From contig CATNEN010000007.1 in assembly GCA_950097015.1 (NCBI GenBank), forward strand, positions 7,688,001 through 7,752,000: DNA of 64,000 bases, read 5' to 3'. This document shows, piece after piece, positions 47,201 to 56,849 of the stretch (positions are counted from its first letter, which is position 1; every line of letters begins with the position of its first letter). The position numbers and the translations under genes were made by a program. Origin of the DNA: Macrostomum hystrix. Lineage: Eukaryota > Animalia > Platyhelminthes. The notes beneath the pieces were generated by a model that worked only from the letters and a program-made list of their open reading frames with translations, was not told where the DNA came from and made no database searches.

Positions 47201-49497
47201 TTTGCCTCGGATTCGTCCTCTTTTACCTTTTTTAATTTCTTCGGCCTTGTGTGTCGCTTGCGTTTCACATTTCCATCTCGCTGTGGCTGTTTGATAATTT
47301 TTCTAAAGTTTATTACTATTAGTAATATAATTTGAGCATAGCAGATTGAGTTCCTTTGACTGAGGCATCTGAGTTGCCTGTGGGACTTTTGTTTTCCCTC
47401 TATTATTTGCAGCTACTGGCTGTCTGCTTGAGTATTTTTTAGCAGGGTTTTGCAGAAAACCTGATTTTGCCTTGATTAAAGTTTTTGTCTGCTCAGTCTG
47501 TAATCGGACACCGACTTCATCTTCCTCTCGTATTTTGATAATACTGTAGAACAATATGTGCCGTTCTTCAAATAATACTGTTTCTCATTTCACAGAGAGA
47601 ACGGCTCCGCTGATGGGCAGGTGAAAGTGATGCGAGACAGCCAGGCCGAAGAGGTGAGTCCTACACTAACTGTTTTCGACACAACTCATAACTTCAATTC
47701 TGGTCATCAACGCATCTTTTCCATTCCGCATCCCTTACCAACCACCTCCCAGTCGGATTGTTTCCATCCCTTACCAACCTCCCAGTCGGATTGTTTCCAT
47801 CCCTTACCAACCTCCCAGTCGGATTGTTTCCATCCCTTACCAACCTCCCAGTCGGATTGTTTCCATCCCTTACCAACCTCCCAGTCGGATTGTTTCCATC
47901 CCTTACCAACCTCCCAGTCGGATTGTTTTCATCCCTTACCAACCTCCCAGTCGGATTGTTTCCATCCCTTACCAACCTCCCAGTCGGATTGTTTCCATCC
48001 CTTACCAACCTCCCAGTCGGATTGTTTCCATCCCTTGCCAACCTCCCAGTCGGATTGTTTCCATCCCTTACCAACCTCCCAGTCGGATTGTTTCCATCCC
48101 TTACCAACCTCCCAGTCGGATTGTTTCCATCCCTTACCAACCTCCCAGTCGGATTGTTTCCATCCCTTACCAACCTCCCAGTCGGATTGTTTCCATCCCT
48201 TACCAACCTCCCAGTCGGATTGTTTCCATCCCTTACCAACCTCCCAGTCGGATTGTTTCCATCCCTTACCAACCTCCCAGTCGGATTGTTTCCATCCCTT
48301 ACCAACCTCCCAGTCGGATTGTTTCCATCCCTTACCAACCTCCCAGTCGGATTGTTTCCATCCCTTACCAACCTCCCAGTCGGATTGTTTCCATCCCTTA
48401 CCAACCTCCCAGTCGGATTGTTTCCATCCCTTACCAACCTCCCAGTCGGATTGTTTCCATCCCTTACCAACCTCCCAGTCGGATTGTTTCCATCCCTTAC
48501 CAACCTCCCAGTCGGATTGTTTCCATCCCTTACCAACCTCCCAGTCGGATTGTTTCCATCCCTTACCAACCTCCCAGTCGGATTGTTTCCATCCCTTACC
48601 AACCTCCCAGTCGGATTGTTTCCATCCCTTACCAACCTCCCAGTCGGATTGTTTCCATCCCGCTCCCACCCTGTCCATCCGGCCCGCAGATGTCCCGCAT
48701 GGTGGCGCAGCACACGGAGCAGTGGACGGCGCTCATGCGGCAGCACTCGCAGGAGGTGTACGAGCTGCGCCGCTCTCAGCTGGAGGGCCACCGGGAGCTG
48801 ATCGGCCGGGTCGCCGCCGACATCCAGGCCAGCCAGGAGAAGGAGATGATCGTGCAGCACGAGCGCGAGAACAAAGACCTGAAGGCCCAGCAGGCCAAGC
48901 ACAGCATGGAGTCCAGCAAGGCGGTGCAGAATGACAAGACGATTCGCAACAAGGCCGAGCGTGACAGGCGGGTGCGCGAGGTCAACGAGAACAACACCAA
49001 GCGCTTCATCGAGGAGCGAAAGCGTCTGCTAAATCGCCAGGGCAATCACAGGGACAATCTCAAGAAGGAGCACGACGAGCAGAAGGCGCGAGTGGCCAAG
49101 TCCCTCGATGAGGTTGGCTTTCGTGTTTTGACTAGGAGGAGTGGGTGGCTAGCGAAATTTCAGTTTAAGTTTTTGTAGAGCCAATCTGCAGCAGCCAATC
49201 ACGCCAAACGTGGGTGAGAAAACTATACCGATTAGTGATACGCAGGGGGAGAGAAAAATAGGTTATGGCCAATCAGAGTGTCATGCGAGAGACGAGATTA
49301 AAAAGGGATAGAGAAATAAATGGTATTGACCAATCGGAGTGGCTCTTGCTGTTTATAGAGGCTACCAAAAATGAAGGGTTGGTTAGTAAGAGGAATTTCT
49401 CAAACGATAGGCACCGGCAATATTCCAGGAAATTTCGCTGCTGGAGCTCAGCCACCGGGAGAGCAGCCTGGCCGCCAAGCCCGTGGCAGCTGTGTAG
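32230..49497 (+). CDS. PLCB4: 1-phosphatidylinositol 4,5-bisphosphate phosphodiesterase beta-4 (PLC-beta4 / norpA / egl-8 class), ~1233 aa, 21 exons plus 1 candidate cassette exon
   Basis: Exons 32230-32352, 33301-33381, 35014-35073, 37820-37954, 39555-39634, 40140-40275, 40672-40936, 41542-41846, 42203-42282, 42453-42537, 42620-42710, 43145-43437, 43881-44022, 44105-44189, 44295-44471, 45360-45916, 46012-46319, 46597-46745, [47045-47167], 47596-47653, 48690-49112, 49429-49497; all phases are consistent. The N-terminus YEFNW...GAVFDRY..E...KVDEFGFF..W is PLCB4-like. X box: [39 protein letters not shown] box: [42 protein letters not shown]2 domain and coiled-coil CTD follow. Confidence 0.95.
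32443..33268. repeat. Intronic minisatellite, 28-bp unit ATTGAGCACTCTATCTACCTGAGCCAAA
   Basis: About 29 copies filling most of PLC intron 1. Confidence 0.95.
33990..34292. repeat. Intronic minisatellite, 29-bp unit CTAGTCTATTTTTAGACTAGTCAGTGACG with an internal hairpin
   Basis: About 10 copies. Each full unit contains the inverted repeat CTAGTCTA-TTTT-TAGACTAG. Confidence 0.95.
35528..35745. repeat. Purine-rich degenerate ~14-15-bp tandem repeat (GGGGAGAATCGGA)
   Basis: Visible repeated GAGAATC(G/T)GAGGGG units. Confidence 0.8.
36620..36790 (+). mobile_element. tRNA-derived SINE (CORE-like) copy
   Basis: A-box TAGCGGTTAGAGC, B-box GGTTCGATTCC, then TTAGCAAGAAATTTGACTCTGCATTGCTTCACTTCATCCAGCTGTAAAT and TCAGTCCATGGACTGA. 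Confidence 0.75.
37955..38660. repeat. Intronic minisatellite, 33-bp unit GTGAG(T/G)CCACCAGCCCCTGTCCTCCGAGTGTTT
   Basis: About 21 copies, starting at the donor of PLC exon 4. Confidence 0.95.
39057..39431. repeat. Intronic minisatellite, 19-bp unit GCTCATAGACAGTCAAAAC
   Basis: About 19 tandem copies. Confidence 0.95.
40303..40540 (-). mobile_element. tRNA-derived SINE (CORE-like) copy
   Basis: The reverse complement matches the 17066 copy: GTTCGATTCC, TAGCAAGACACTTAACTCTGTATTGCTTTAATTCACCCAGCTGTTAACTGGG, GAGGGTGGGTGTAGCGTC, CAGTCCATGGACTGAACAGCC, GCAATAGCTACGGCTGTGCTGTCGGCTGC. Confidence 0.78.
41849..42092. repeat. Intronic G-rich minisatellite, 21-bp unit GAGTGGGGTAGGGTGTCTGCT
   Basis: About 11 copies, beginning within the GC-type donor at 41847. 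Confidence 0.95.
42790..43118. repeat. Intronic tandem repeat, 53-55-bp unit, ~6 copies, two alternating variants
   Basis: TTTGAACTCGTGTTGCAAAGTCT... recurs at ~42792, 42845, 42900, 42953, 43006 and 43059. Confidence 0.9.
43455..43848. repeat. Intronic minisatellite, 23-bp unit CATGACCGATTTCATTGGTGTTT
   Basis: About 17 copies filling intron 43438-43880. Confidence 0.95.
47730..48662. repeat. Intronic minisatellite, 30-bp unit CCCTTACCAACCTCCCAGTCGGATTGTTTCCAT-type, near-perfect
   Basis: About 31 almost identical copies filling intron 47654-48689; the ORF track shows a 10-aa period. Confidence 0.97.
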
Positions 49498-51017
49498 GTG
49501 GCGCTCACTGACCTGCATGAGCAACTCGAGCGCACATTCCTCTGCACTGACACTTTAGAGCACCGAAAGGCACTGGCCGTATGATACTGACAAGAGAATT
49601 ACGCGGAGACTCGCCGTTGCGAGGCCCTTATTTTGAGACTTAATAAAAATGTCTGAACCCTCACTCTGATGTATAATATTAGCCTGTCTTTGCTGCCCTT
49701 GGCTTAAATTTTCTCTATTCTATCTCTATTTTGCTCGAATTATAATTGCTATTTTTGGATTGATGTACCGCATCAAGTGTTTAATTCACATATAATAAAT
49801 CAAGGCTGACAATGAGCAGGCCTTTGAGTCCGTCTGTTTTATGGGGCTGCGATACGCTGTGCTGACTACTTTAGATAGTATGACCAACGGCCCACCCAAA
49901 TCTCCTGGCGGGACCTCAAAATTCCACGGTGGCACCATGAATCCCAGTGGCGCTCACCTAGGACACAGACCGCTAAATAGAAATCAGGCGCAGGCCTCTC
50001 TTAGTAGCAAGAATAACCGTTGCTCAGTTCCCATTGTGACTCGCGCACTAATTTATCATCTTTCACTCCTGTATGGACTAATGCGAACGCGGCGCAAGAT
50101 TTTTTATCCCATATTTTTATCCTCCCATATCGTTCGCCATGCATGCAGCATGCTAAGAAAGCCCCCAGCCCAGTCTGCATCTCGGCTTTCTCTTGTATTT
50201 TTATCCCAGTCCTGTATCAGTTTTATCAGTGTATTTTATAATTCTCTCTGCTAATTCAACCGGCTGTGCGTCTGAAATCGAATATTCGCCGACAAGCTTA
50301 GAGTGTGTGCGCGGCGCCTCACCGCCCATCCTTTGTCTGCAACGGACTTTTTAAAATCTTCCTTGAAATCGACTGTTTCACTGCACTTTTATTAGTGTTG
50401 TCGACTGTAATTAGGGAATATGCTTCCCATAGACCCCGAAGCATTCGGCTCTGAGTCTACTCTGTCTCATTGTGCGTTTTCTATAGTACATAAGTTTATC
50501 TAGTCAGATATTTTTTTCTTCTAAAAATCAAAAGTCATCCACGTTGTTAAGCTTTACTGTCACTGTCTATCACTCACCCATCCTACTAGCTATATTATTG
50601 AATGCTGTGTTGACTTATTATCATTGCACCATGGGCCAAGCTAGTCAATCCGCACTAAGTAGACTATTGAGTATTTATAGCATACTCCAATGACAGTGAT
50701 AAGCCTACTGATTTTCTACAACCAATTAACCTATGCTATCAACTCGTTGCGCAATTTTCAGATTTTGAAACCGGCAGAAGCGCCAATGCATGCGCAGATA
50801 TTTAAATCCAAACAATGCTAATATTTGACTAATCAAAATAGGACTTTAGTGCAGCCATTGCGTGTGAGTTCGGTAATGGACTGCCCACCTATTCAGTATC
50901 AGATTCTGGAAATATAACTTTTTTGCGTGAGGATCACGTGCACCGCAATGGATTCACTAAAAACCAATATTTTACAGAATTTTCTATTTATTTTCTTCTA
51001 TCATTGAGTTCAAACCT

Positions 51018-52368
51018 TGCCAGCACAGATTTAGAGGAGGTGCCAGCACGGATTTAGGGGAGGTGCCAGCACGGATTTAGGGGAGTTGCCAGCACGGATT
51101 TAGAGGAGGTGCCAGCACGGATTTAGAGGAGGTGCCAGCACGGATTTAGAGGAGGTGCCAGCACGGATTTAGAGGAGGTGCCAGCACGTATTTAGAGGAT
51201 TTGCCAGCACGGATTTAGAGGAGGTGCCAGCACGGATTTAGAGGAGGTGCCAGCACGGATTTAGGGGAGGTGCCAGCACGGATTTAGGGTAGGTGCCAGC
51301 ACGGATTTAGGGGAGGTGCCAGCACGTATTTAGAGGATTTGCCAGCACGGATTTAGAGGAGGTGCCAGCACGGATTTAGAGGAGGTGCCAGCACGGATTT
51401 AGGGGAGGTGCCAGCACGGATTTAGGGTAGGTGCCAGCACGGATTTAGGGGAGGTGCCAGCACGGATATAGAGGAGGTGCCAGCACGGATTTAGGGGAGG
51501 TGCCAGCACGGATTTAGGGGAGGTGTCGGCAAAGATTTAGGGTAGGTGCCAGCACGGATATAGGGGAGTTGCCACAGCACAGATTTAGGGGAGTTGCAAC
51601 AGCACGGATTTAGGGTCGGTGCCGGCACGGATTTAGGGTAGGTGCCAGCACGGATATAGGGGTGTTGCACAGCACAGATTTAGGGGAGTTGCCACAGCAC
51701 GGATTTAGGGTAGGTTTCGGCACGGATTTTGGGGGGTGCCAGCACGAATTCAGGGTAGGTGTGGGCACGGATTTAGGGTAGGTGCCAGCACGGACTCAGG
51801 GTAGGTGCCTGCACGGAATTAGGAGAGGTGCCAGCACGGATTTAGGGTAGGTGCCGGCACGGATTTAGGAGAGGTGCCAGCACGGATTTAGGGGAGGAGT
51901 CGGCACGGATTTAGAGGAGGTGCCGGCACGGATTTAGGGGAGGTGCCGGCACGGATTTAGGGGAGGTGCCAGCACGGATTTAGAGGATTTGCCAGCACGG
52001 ATTTAGAGGAGGTGCCAGCACGGATTTAGAGGAGGTGCCCGCACGGATTTAGGGGAGGTGCCAGCACGGATTTAGGGGAGGTGCCAGCACGGATTAAGGG
52101 GAGGTGCCAGCACGGATTTAGGGGAGGTGCCAGCACGGATATAGAGGAGGTGCCAGCACGGATTTAGGGGAGGTGCCAGCACGGATTTAGGGGAGGTGCC
52201 AGCACGGATTTAGGGGAGGTGTCGGCAAAGATTTAGGGTAGGTGCCAGCACGGATATAGGGGAGTTGCCACAGCACAGATTTAGGGGAGTTGCCACAGCA
52301 CGGATTTAGGGTAGGTGCCGGCACGGATTTAGGGGAGGTGCCAAGCACGGATTTATGGGAGGTGCCAG
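51018..52368. repeat. Intergenic minisatellite, 23-bp unit GCCAGCACGGATTTAG(A/G)GGAGGT
   Basis: About 58 copies with recurring variant blocks. Confidence 0.95.
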
Positions 52369-52585
52369 AATCATTATAGGTTTATACTGATAAAAATATT
52401 CGCGAATTCTGAAGTCTTTCGATTAAAGAATCTGTGAATTTCAGTTATTGATTAATTGACAAAATATTATTAATGAATAGGAAGACGTTGTTAACGCAAT
52501 TAGCAGTTCAAGGAATTCGGCTGATTTACACAACAGTTTATCTAGAGCAACAGGAGTTAGACAAGATGTGCAATGATGATTGCAG

Positions 52586-53800
52586 TCACAGCAGGCTGCA
52601 GCAGTTGTACTGCCGGGTCCGCTTCCTGCTCAGCATGTCGGCCGTGGTGGTCGTGAACTTGTCCAGCACGTTGTCACCGGAGTCGACGTTGATCTCAAAG
52701 CGAAATATGTGCCTGACCAGGCAGCTGAGCAGCCGCCTGCGCTCCTCCAGAATCTCCCAGAGCGTCTCCGCTGTGATCACCGAGTCGTCCTCGAGCGACT
52801 CTAGCGCGTCCTGGGTCAGGCTGACATTGGCACCGATCTCCTGGCAGAAGAGCATCTCCAGGCGGTAGCGGGTGAGGCAGCCCTCGTTGCCAACCTGTAG
52901 GGTCTCAACATACTCGTTCAGGTAGTTTTCTACGTTCTCACTGATGATCCTGGCCGCGAAGTTCTTTGGCGAAGGCGGCGCGGTAGGAGGAGTCAGTGAA
53001 TAAGAGTCAGTGTCAGTGAATGAGATTCAGTGTCAGTGAATGAGATTTAGTGTCAGTGAATGTGAGAGTCAGTGTCAGTGAATGAGATTCAGTGTCAGTG
53101 AATGTGAGAGTCAGTGTCAGTGAATGAGATTCAGTGTCAGTGAATGAGAGTCAGTGTCAGTGAATGTGAGAGTCAGTGTCAGTGAATGAGAGTCAGTGTC
53201 AGTGAATGAGATTCAGTGTCAGTGAATGAGAGTCAGTGTCAGTGAATGAGATTCAGTGTCAGTGAATGAGAGTCAGTGTCAGTGAATGTGAGAGTCAGTG
53301 TCAGTGAATGAGAGTCAGTGTCAGTGAATGAGATTCAGTGTCAGTGAATGAGAGTCAGTGTCAGTGAATGTGAGAGTCAGTGTCAGTGAATGAAAGTCAG
53401 TGTCAGCGAATGAGAGTCAGTGTCAGTGAATGAGAGTCAGTGTCAGCGAATGAGAGTCAGTGTCAGTGAATGAGAGTCAGTGTCAGCGAATGAGAGTCAG
53501 TGTCAGTGAATGAGAGTCAGTGTCAGCGAATGAGAGTCAGTGTTAGTGAATGTGAGAACTCACCCGGAAGCTGGTGACATCAACTCCCTCCGTGCCGAGC
53601 GCGGAGTGCACTAGGTCATAGACATACTTGCTGACAAACTTGTAGGGGTTCTGGCGCCGCATGGCAACGATCACATCGTCAGATGTGATTCCGGTGTCCT
53701 TCTTCCTGGCCATGCTCTGGAACACCTTCAGCATCATCGCATCTTGAGTCAGGTTCTGATTATAGACGGCCGGCGTGTAGACAATGAGACTGCGGCGCAT
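52586..53800 (-). CDS. Hypothetical ~204-aa protein with degenerate calmodulin-like EF-hand pattern and C-terminal CaaX box (CCSLL)
   Basis: Exon 1 is 53800-53564 (TTCCGG|gtgagt). Exon 2 is 52963-52586 (ccaaag|AAC TTC), phase 0/0, with GC3-rich coding-like codon usage. The AAG acceptor is weak, so the junction is approximate. Confidence 0.6.
52990..53556. repeat. Intronic minisatellite, 20/22-bp unit GTGAAT(GT)GAGAGTCAGTGTCA
   Basis: About 27 copies filling intron 52964-53563. Confidence 0.95.
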
Positions 53801-54007
53801 TTTCTGCTGTTGATACGGCGAGCTATGTCAGCGAACAAATAACAACACAGCGCTGGCTGCGTGCTGTGATTATCCTACCTGCTTGCATATATTTGGGCAC
53901 AGCTGTGTTGAAGTTCAATTTTGACAATCACCACAGACATAAATTTCATTTTATTGTCGCAGAGTATTGGTTTTGTCAGCCTAACTGAGAATAAAGCCAC
54001 CCAAAAT

Positions 54008-54332
54008 GAGAATCCTGCCTACGCTGACTGCGAAGGGCCTGGCTGCGTGCAGCCTTAGTCTATGGGCCATAGACAATAAAGGACAAGCGAAGTGATAAAA
54101 AGCCATCCAATGTGAGAATCCTGCCTACGCTGAATACGAAGGGCCTAGCTGCGTGCAGCCTTAGTCTATGGGCCATAGACAATAAAGGACAAGCGAAGTG
54201 ATAAAAAGCCATCCAATGTGAGAATCCTGCCTACGCTGAATACGAAGGGCCTAGCTGCGTGCAGCCTTAGTCTATGGGCCATAGACAATAAAGGACAAGC
54301 AAAGTGATAAAAAGGCATCCAATGTGAGAATC
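54008..54332. repeat. 106-bp unit x3 inside the left TIR region of the transposon
   Basis: GAGAATC recurs at 54008, 54114, 54220 and 54326. Only one copy of the unit is present in the right TIR. Confidence 0.9.
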
Positions 54333-54484
54333 GATCGCTTTTTCTCTTTCCCCCAGCTCTCTCCACTCCTCCAAGCGCAACTCCTCCATCACTGCTTCTC
54401 CATCACCCACAGTCTCGTTGCTTTCTTGCCTATTTATCCAACACTTAGAATTAACAGAGTTCAGTCTTCATCACTGCAATAAAA

Positions 54485-55543
54485 ATGCCCGCCTCATCTG
54501 TGGACCGCCAGCGACTCATCGCGGCCATTGAAAATGGAAGCTCACTAAGGGAAGCAGCAGCCGTCCTGCAACTGCCTGTCTCAACTGCCTATAGAATTGC
54601 CCGTCAGCATCGCCTAGAAGGAAGAACTGAGGCGCTTCCTCGATGTGGTCAACGACTTCTTAAAGTTGATGATGAAATGCGGCAATTTCTGAGCCAGAAG
54701 CTGCAAAAGAACCCCTTCCTAACGTTAAAAGAGATGGCCAACTGCATGGCTGCACAGTTTCCGGAGAAGCCTTAAGTGGGGTACAAGACGGTCGATCGGA
54801 TGCTCCAAGGGATGCTATACACCCTGAAGCTCGGAACGAAGGGCAGTGACACCAGAGCGAGCTGCAATCTGCCGGAAAACATCGAGGCCCGAAGAGAATA
54901 TGCCAACTTCATGCTGCACCTTGACGCCTCCGTACACATCGTCTATTTGGACGAAACTGGATTCAACTTGTGGCTACGGCGATCGCAAGGCCGTGCTATC
55001 AGGGGTCGCCCTGTTAAGCGGACTGTGACGACACAAAGAGGCCCAAACGCGACCGTCTGCATGGCTATCTGCGCAGAGTTTGGCCTGGCGCACTCGACCG
55101 TGCAGCGGGGTGGTCAGACGCTGGTTTGCTTCCAGGAGTTCATCAAATTCTTGGCAGAGCGATGCAATGAGCTCGATGCCGATGGAAGCTGGCTGGTTAT
55201 GATGGACGGCCCGCACTTCTACAGGGGAGCCAGGGTGCGGGAGCAACTACAAGAGAAGATCTCGATTCGCATCCTGCCGCCATACTCACCCTTCCTCAAC
55301 CCATCGGAACTGGCCAACAGTGCGCTGAAGGCACGGATCAAAAGCCGCCTGGCAGACGCTGGACTAGTCAACGAGGAGGCCGTTGCTCCAGATGGCGTCA
55401 ACAAAGAGGAGTGGCGATTCATGCTGTTAGAGATAGAGGCGCGCGAAGCGATTGACGACACAGTCACTGCTGGGAAGGCTGCCGCGTGGGACCTGCATTG
55501 CAGACGACTCTTTGGGCAGTGCATTGAGGGAGGGCTATTTTAA
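54485..55543 (+). pseudogene. Transposase (HTH + DDE_3 type) interrupted by an in-frame TAA at 54773-54775
   Basis: ORFs 54485..54775 and 54776..55543 are in the same frame. HTH: GSSLREAAAVLQLPVSTAYRI. Catalytic motifs: VYLDETGFN, VMMDGPHFY, LPPYSPFLNPSE. Confidence 0.85.
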
Positions 55544-56029
55544 CTCTTTACTTTACTGTATACTGTATCATCCAGTGTTCCTGTTTCCGTTATTCCGTTC
55601 AAGCTATTGGCTAGTCATATGGCTCAGAAGGTATAAAAATAAAAAAATACGACGCATAGACCAATCGATTCTCATATTGGATGCCTTTTTATCACTTTGC
55701 TTGTCCTTTATTGTCTATGGCCCATAGACTAAGGCTGCACGCAGCCAGGCCCTTCGCAGTCAGCGTAGGCAGGCTTCTCATTTTGGGTGGCTTCATTCTC
55801 AGTTAGGCTGACAAAACCAATACTATTTATAGCTTGAGATGTCTTCCTTGAGACGGTCAAGAGACGTCTTTCTTCATACACTCAGACCAAGGTCACTGAC
55901 TCTCGGACCAAGGTCCCCTGAGCTCGTATCCAATTTCTCAATTATGAACAGATCTCAACGACGATTTTCCGTTTCAGACTGCAGTCTTTGTTCTGGAAAG
56001 CGAGAAGCAGCAAAGTGAGAGTTTTCACA

Positions 56030-56487
56030 ATGCCCGAGCAGAGCTGCGACTACCGCGTGGCCGTGTTCGGGTCGGCCGGTGTGGGCAAATCCTCCCTGGT
56101 GCAGCGCTTCATTCGAGGCACCTTCAAAGAGGCGTACACGCCCACAGTTGAGGACACTTACCGACAGGTGATTAGCAGCGATAAGCAGGTGTGCACACTG
56201 CAGATTACGGATACGACTGGGTCGCACCAGTTCCCAGCCATGATGCGGCTCAGCATGAGCAAGGGCCACGCATTCGTTCTGGTGTACTCGGTTACCGCTC
56301 GAGCCACTCTTGTCGAGCTAAATGCTGTTGTTACAGAGCTGTGCGACATCAAGGGCGCCGACATTGCGACTACCCCCTGATGCTGGTGGCCAACAAGAGC
56401 GACGAGCCTGCGAGCAGTCGAGAGGTGAGTCGAGACGCGGGCGCCGCAGGCGAGGCAAGGATGGAGCAAAGTGCGGGACAAAGGTAG
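56030..56487 (+). pseudogene. DIRAS: Di-Ras (DIRAS1/2-like) small GTPase, frameshifted and 3'-truncated
   Basis: [35 protein letters not shown] and [24 protein letters not shown] are diagnostic of Di-Ras. A one-base shift in the C-run at ~56373-56377 separates this from [10 protein letters not shown] (G4). No ETSAK or CaaX box is found downstream. Confidence 0.8.
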
Positions 56488-56849
56488 AGATGTAAAAGAT
56501 GTAAATTAATTTACATTATATATACCTGAGTATATAGTCTCTATTAATATACTCCGGGTATTTTATTATAATGACGATGTTGGCATGTTGATACATAGAT
56601 CATGTATAATGTTGATTGAAGGCGATTGTGAGAACAGGAAAACAAGGAATGTAGAAAAAATGACGGCAAAAATGTAATTAAAATTAAAAAAAAAATCCTA
56701 GAATTCGACAATTCAGTGCTATCTTATTTGACTGAAAATCCGTTTGTCCGTCTGTCAGTGGCTCGTGTCATAAGTAAAAAATATAACCTGACAAAGTCTT
56801 GAGCTCAAATCACAACTACGAATGGATAAGAGGTGGCAGAAAGGGCGAC

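Larger units (their letters stand above)
53967..55820 (+). mobile_element. Tc1/mariner-IS630 superfamily DNA transposon, ~1.85 kb, ~155-bp TIRs, TA target duplication
   Basis: The left end TTGGTTTTGTCAGCCTAACTGAGAAT... is the reverse complement of the right end ...ATTCTCAGTTAGGCTGACAAAACCAA. It is flanked by TA at 53965-66 and 55821-22 and contains a DDE transposase. Confidence 0.92.

Noticed and set aside
47621-48934. 400+ aa repetitive ORFs
   Set aside because: These are translations of the intronic 30-bp array. The true PLC exons flank it with canonical splice sites.
53879-53888. Upstream ATG micro-exon (ATGCAAGCAG|gt) for the EF-hand-like gene
   Set aside because: Splicing to the acceptor at 53822 is out of frame with the main ORF. 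At most it is a 5'-UTR exon or uORF.
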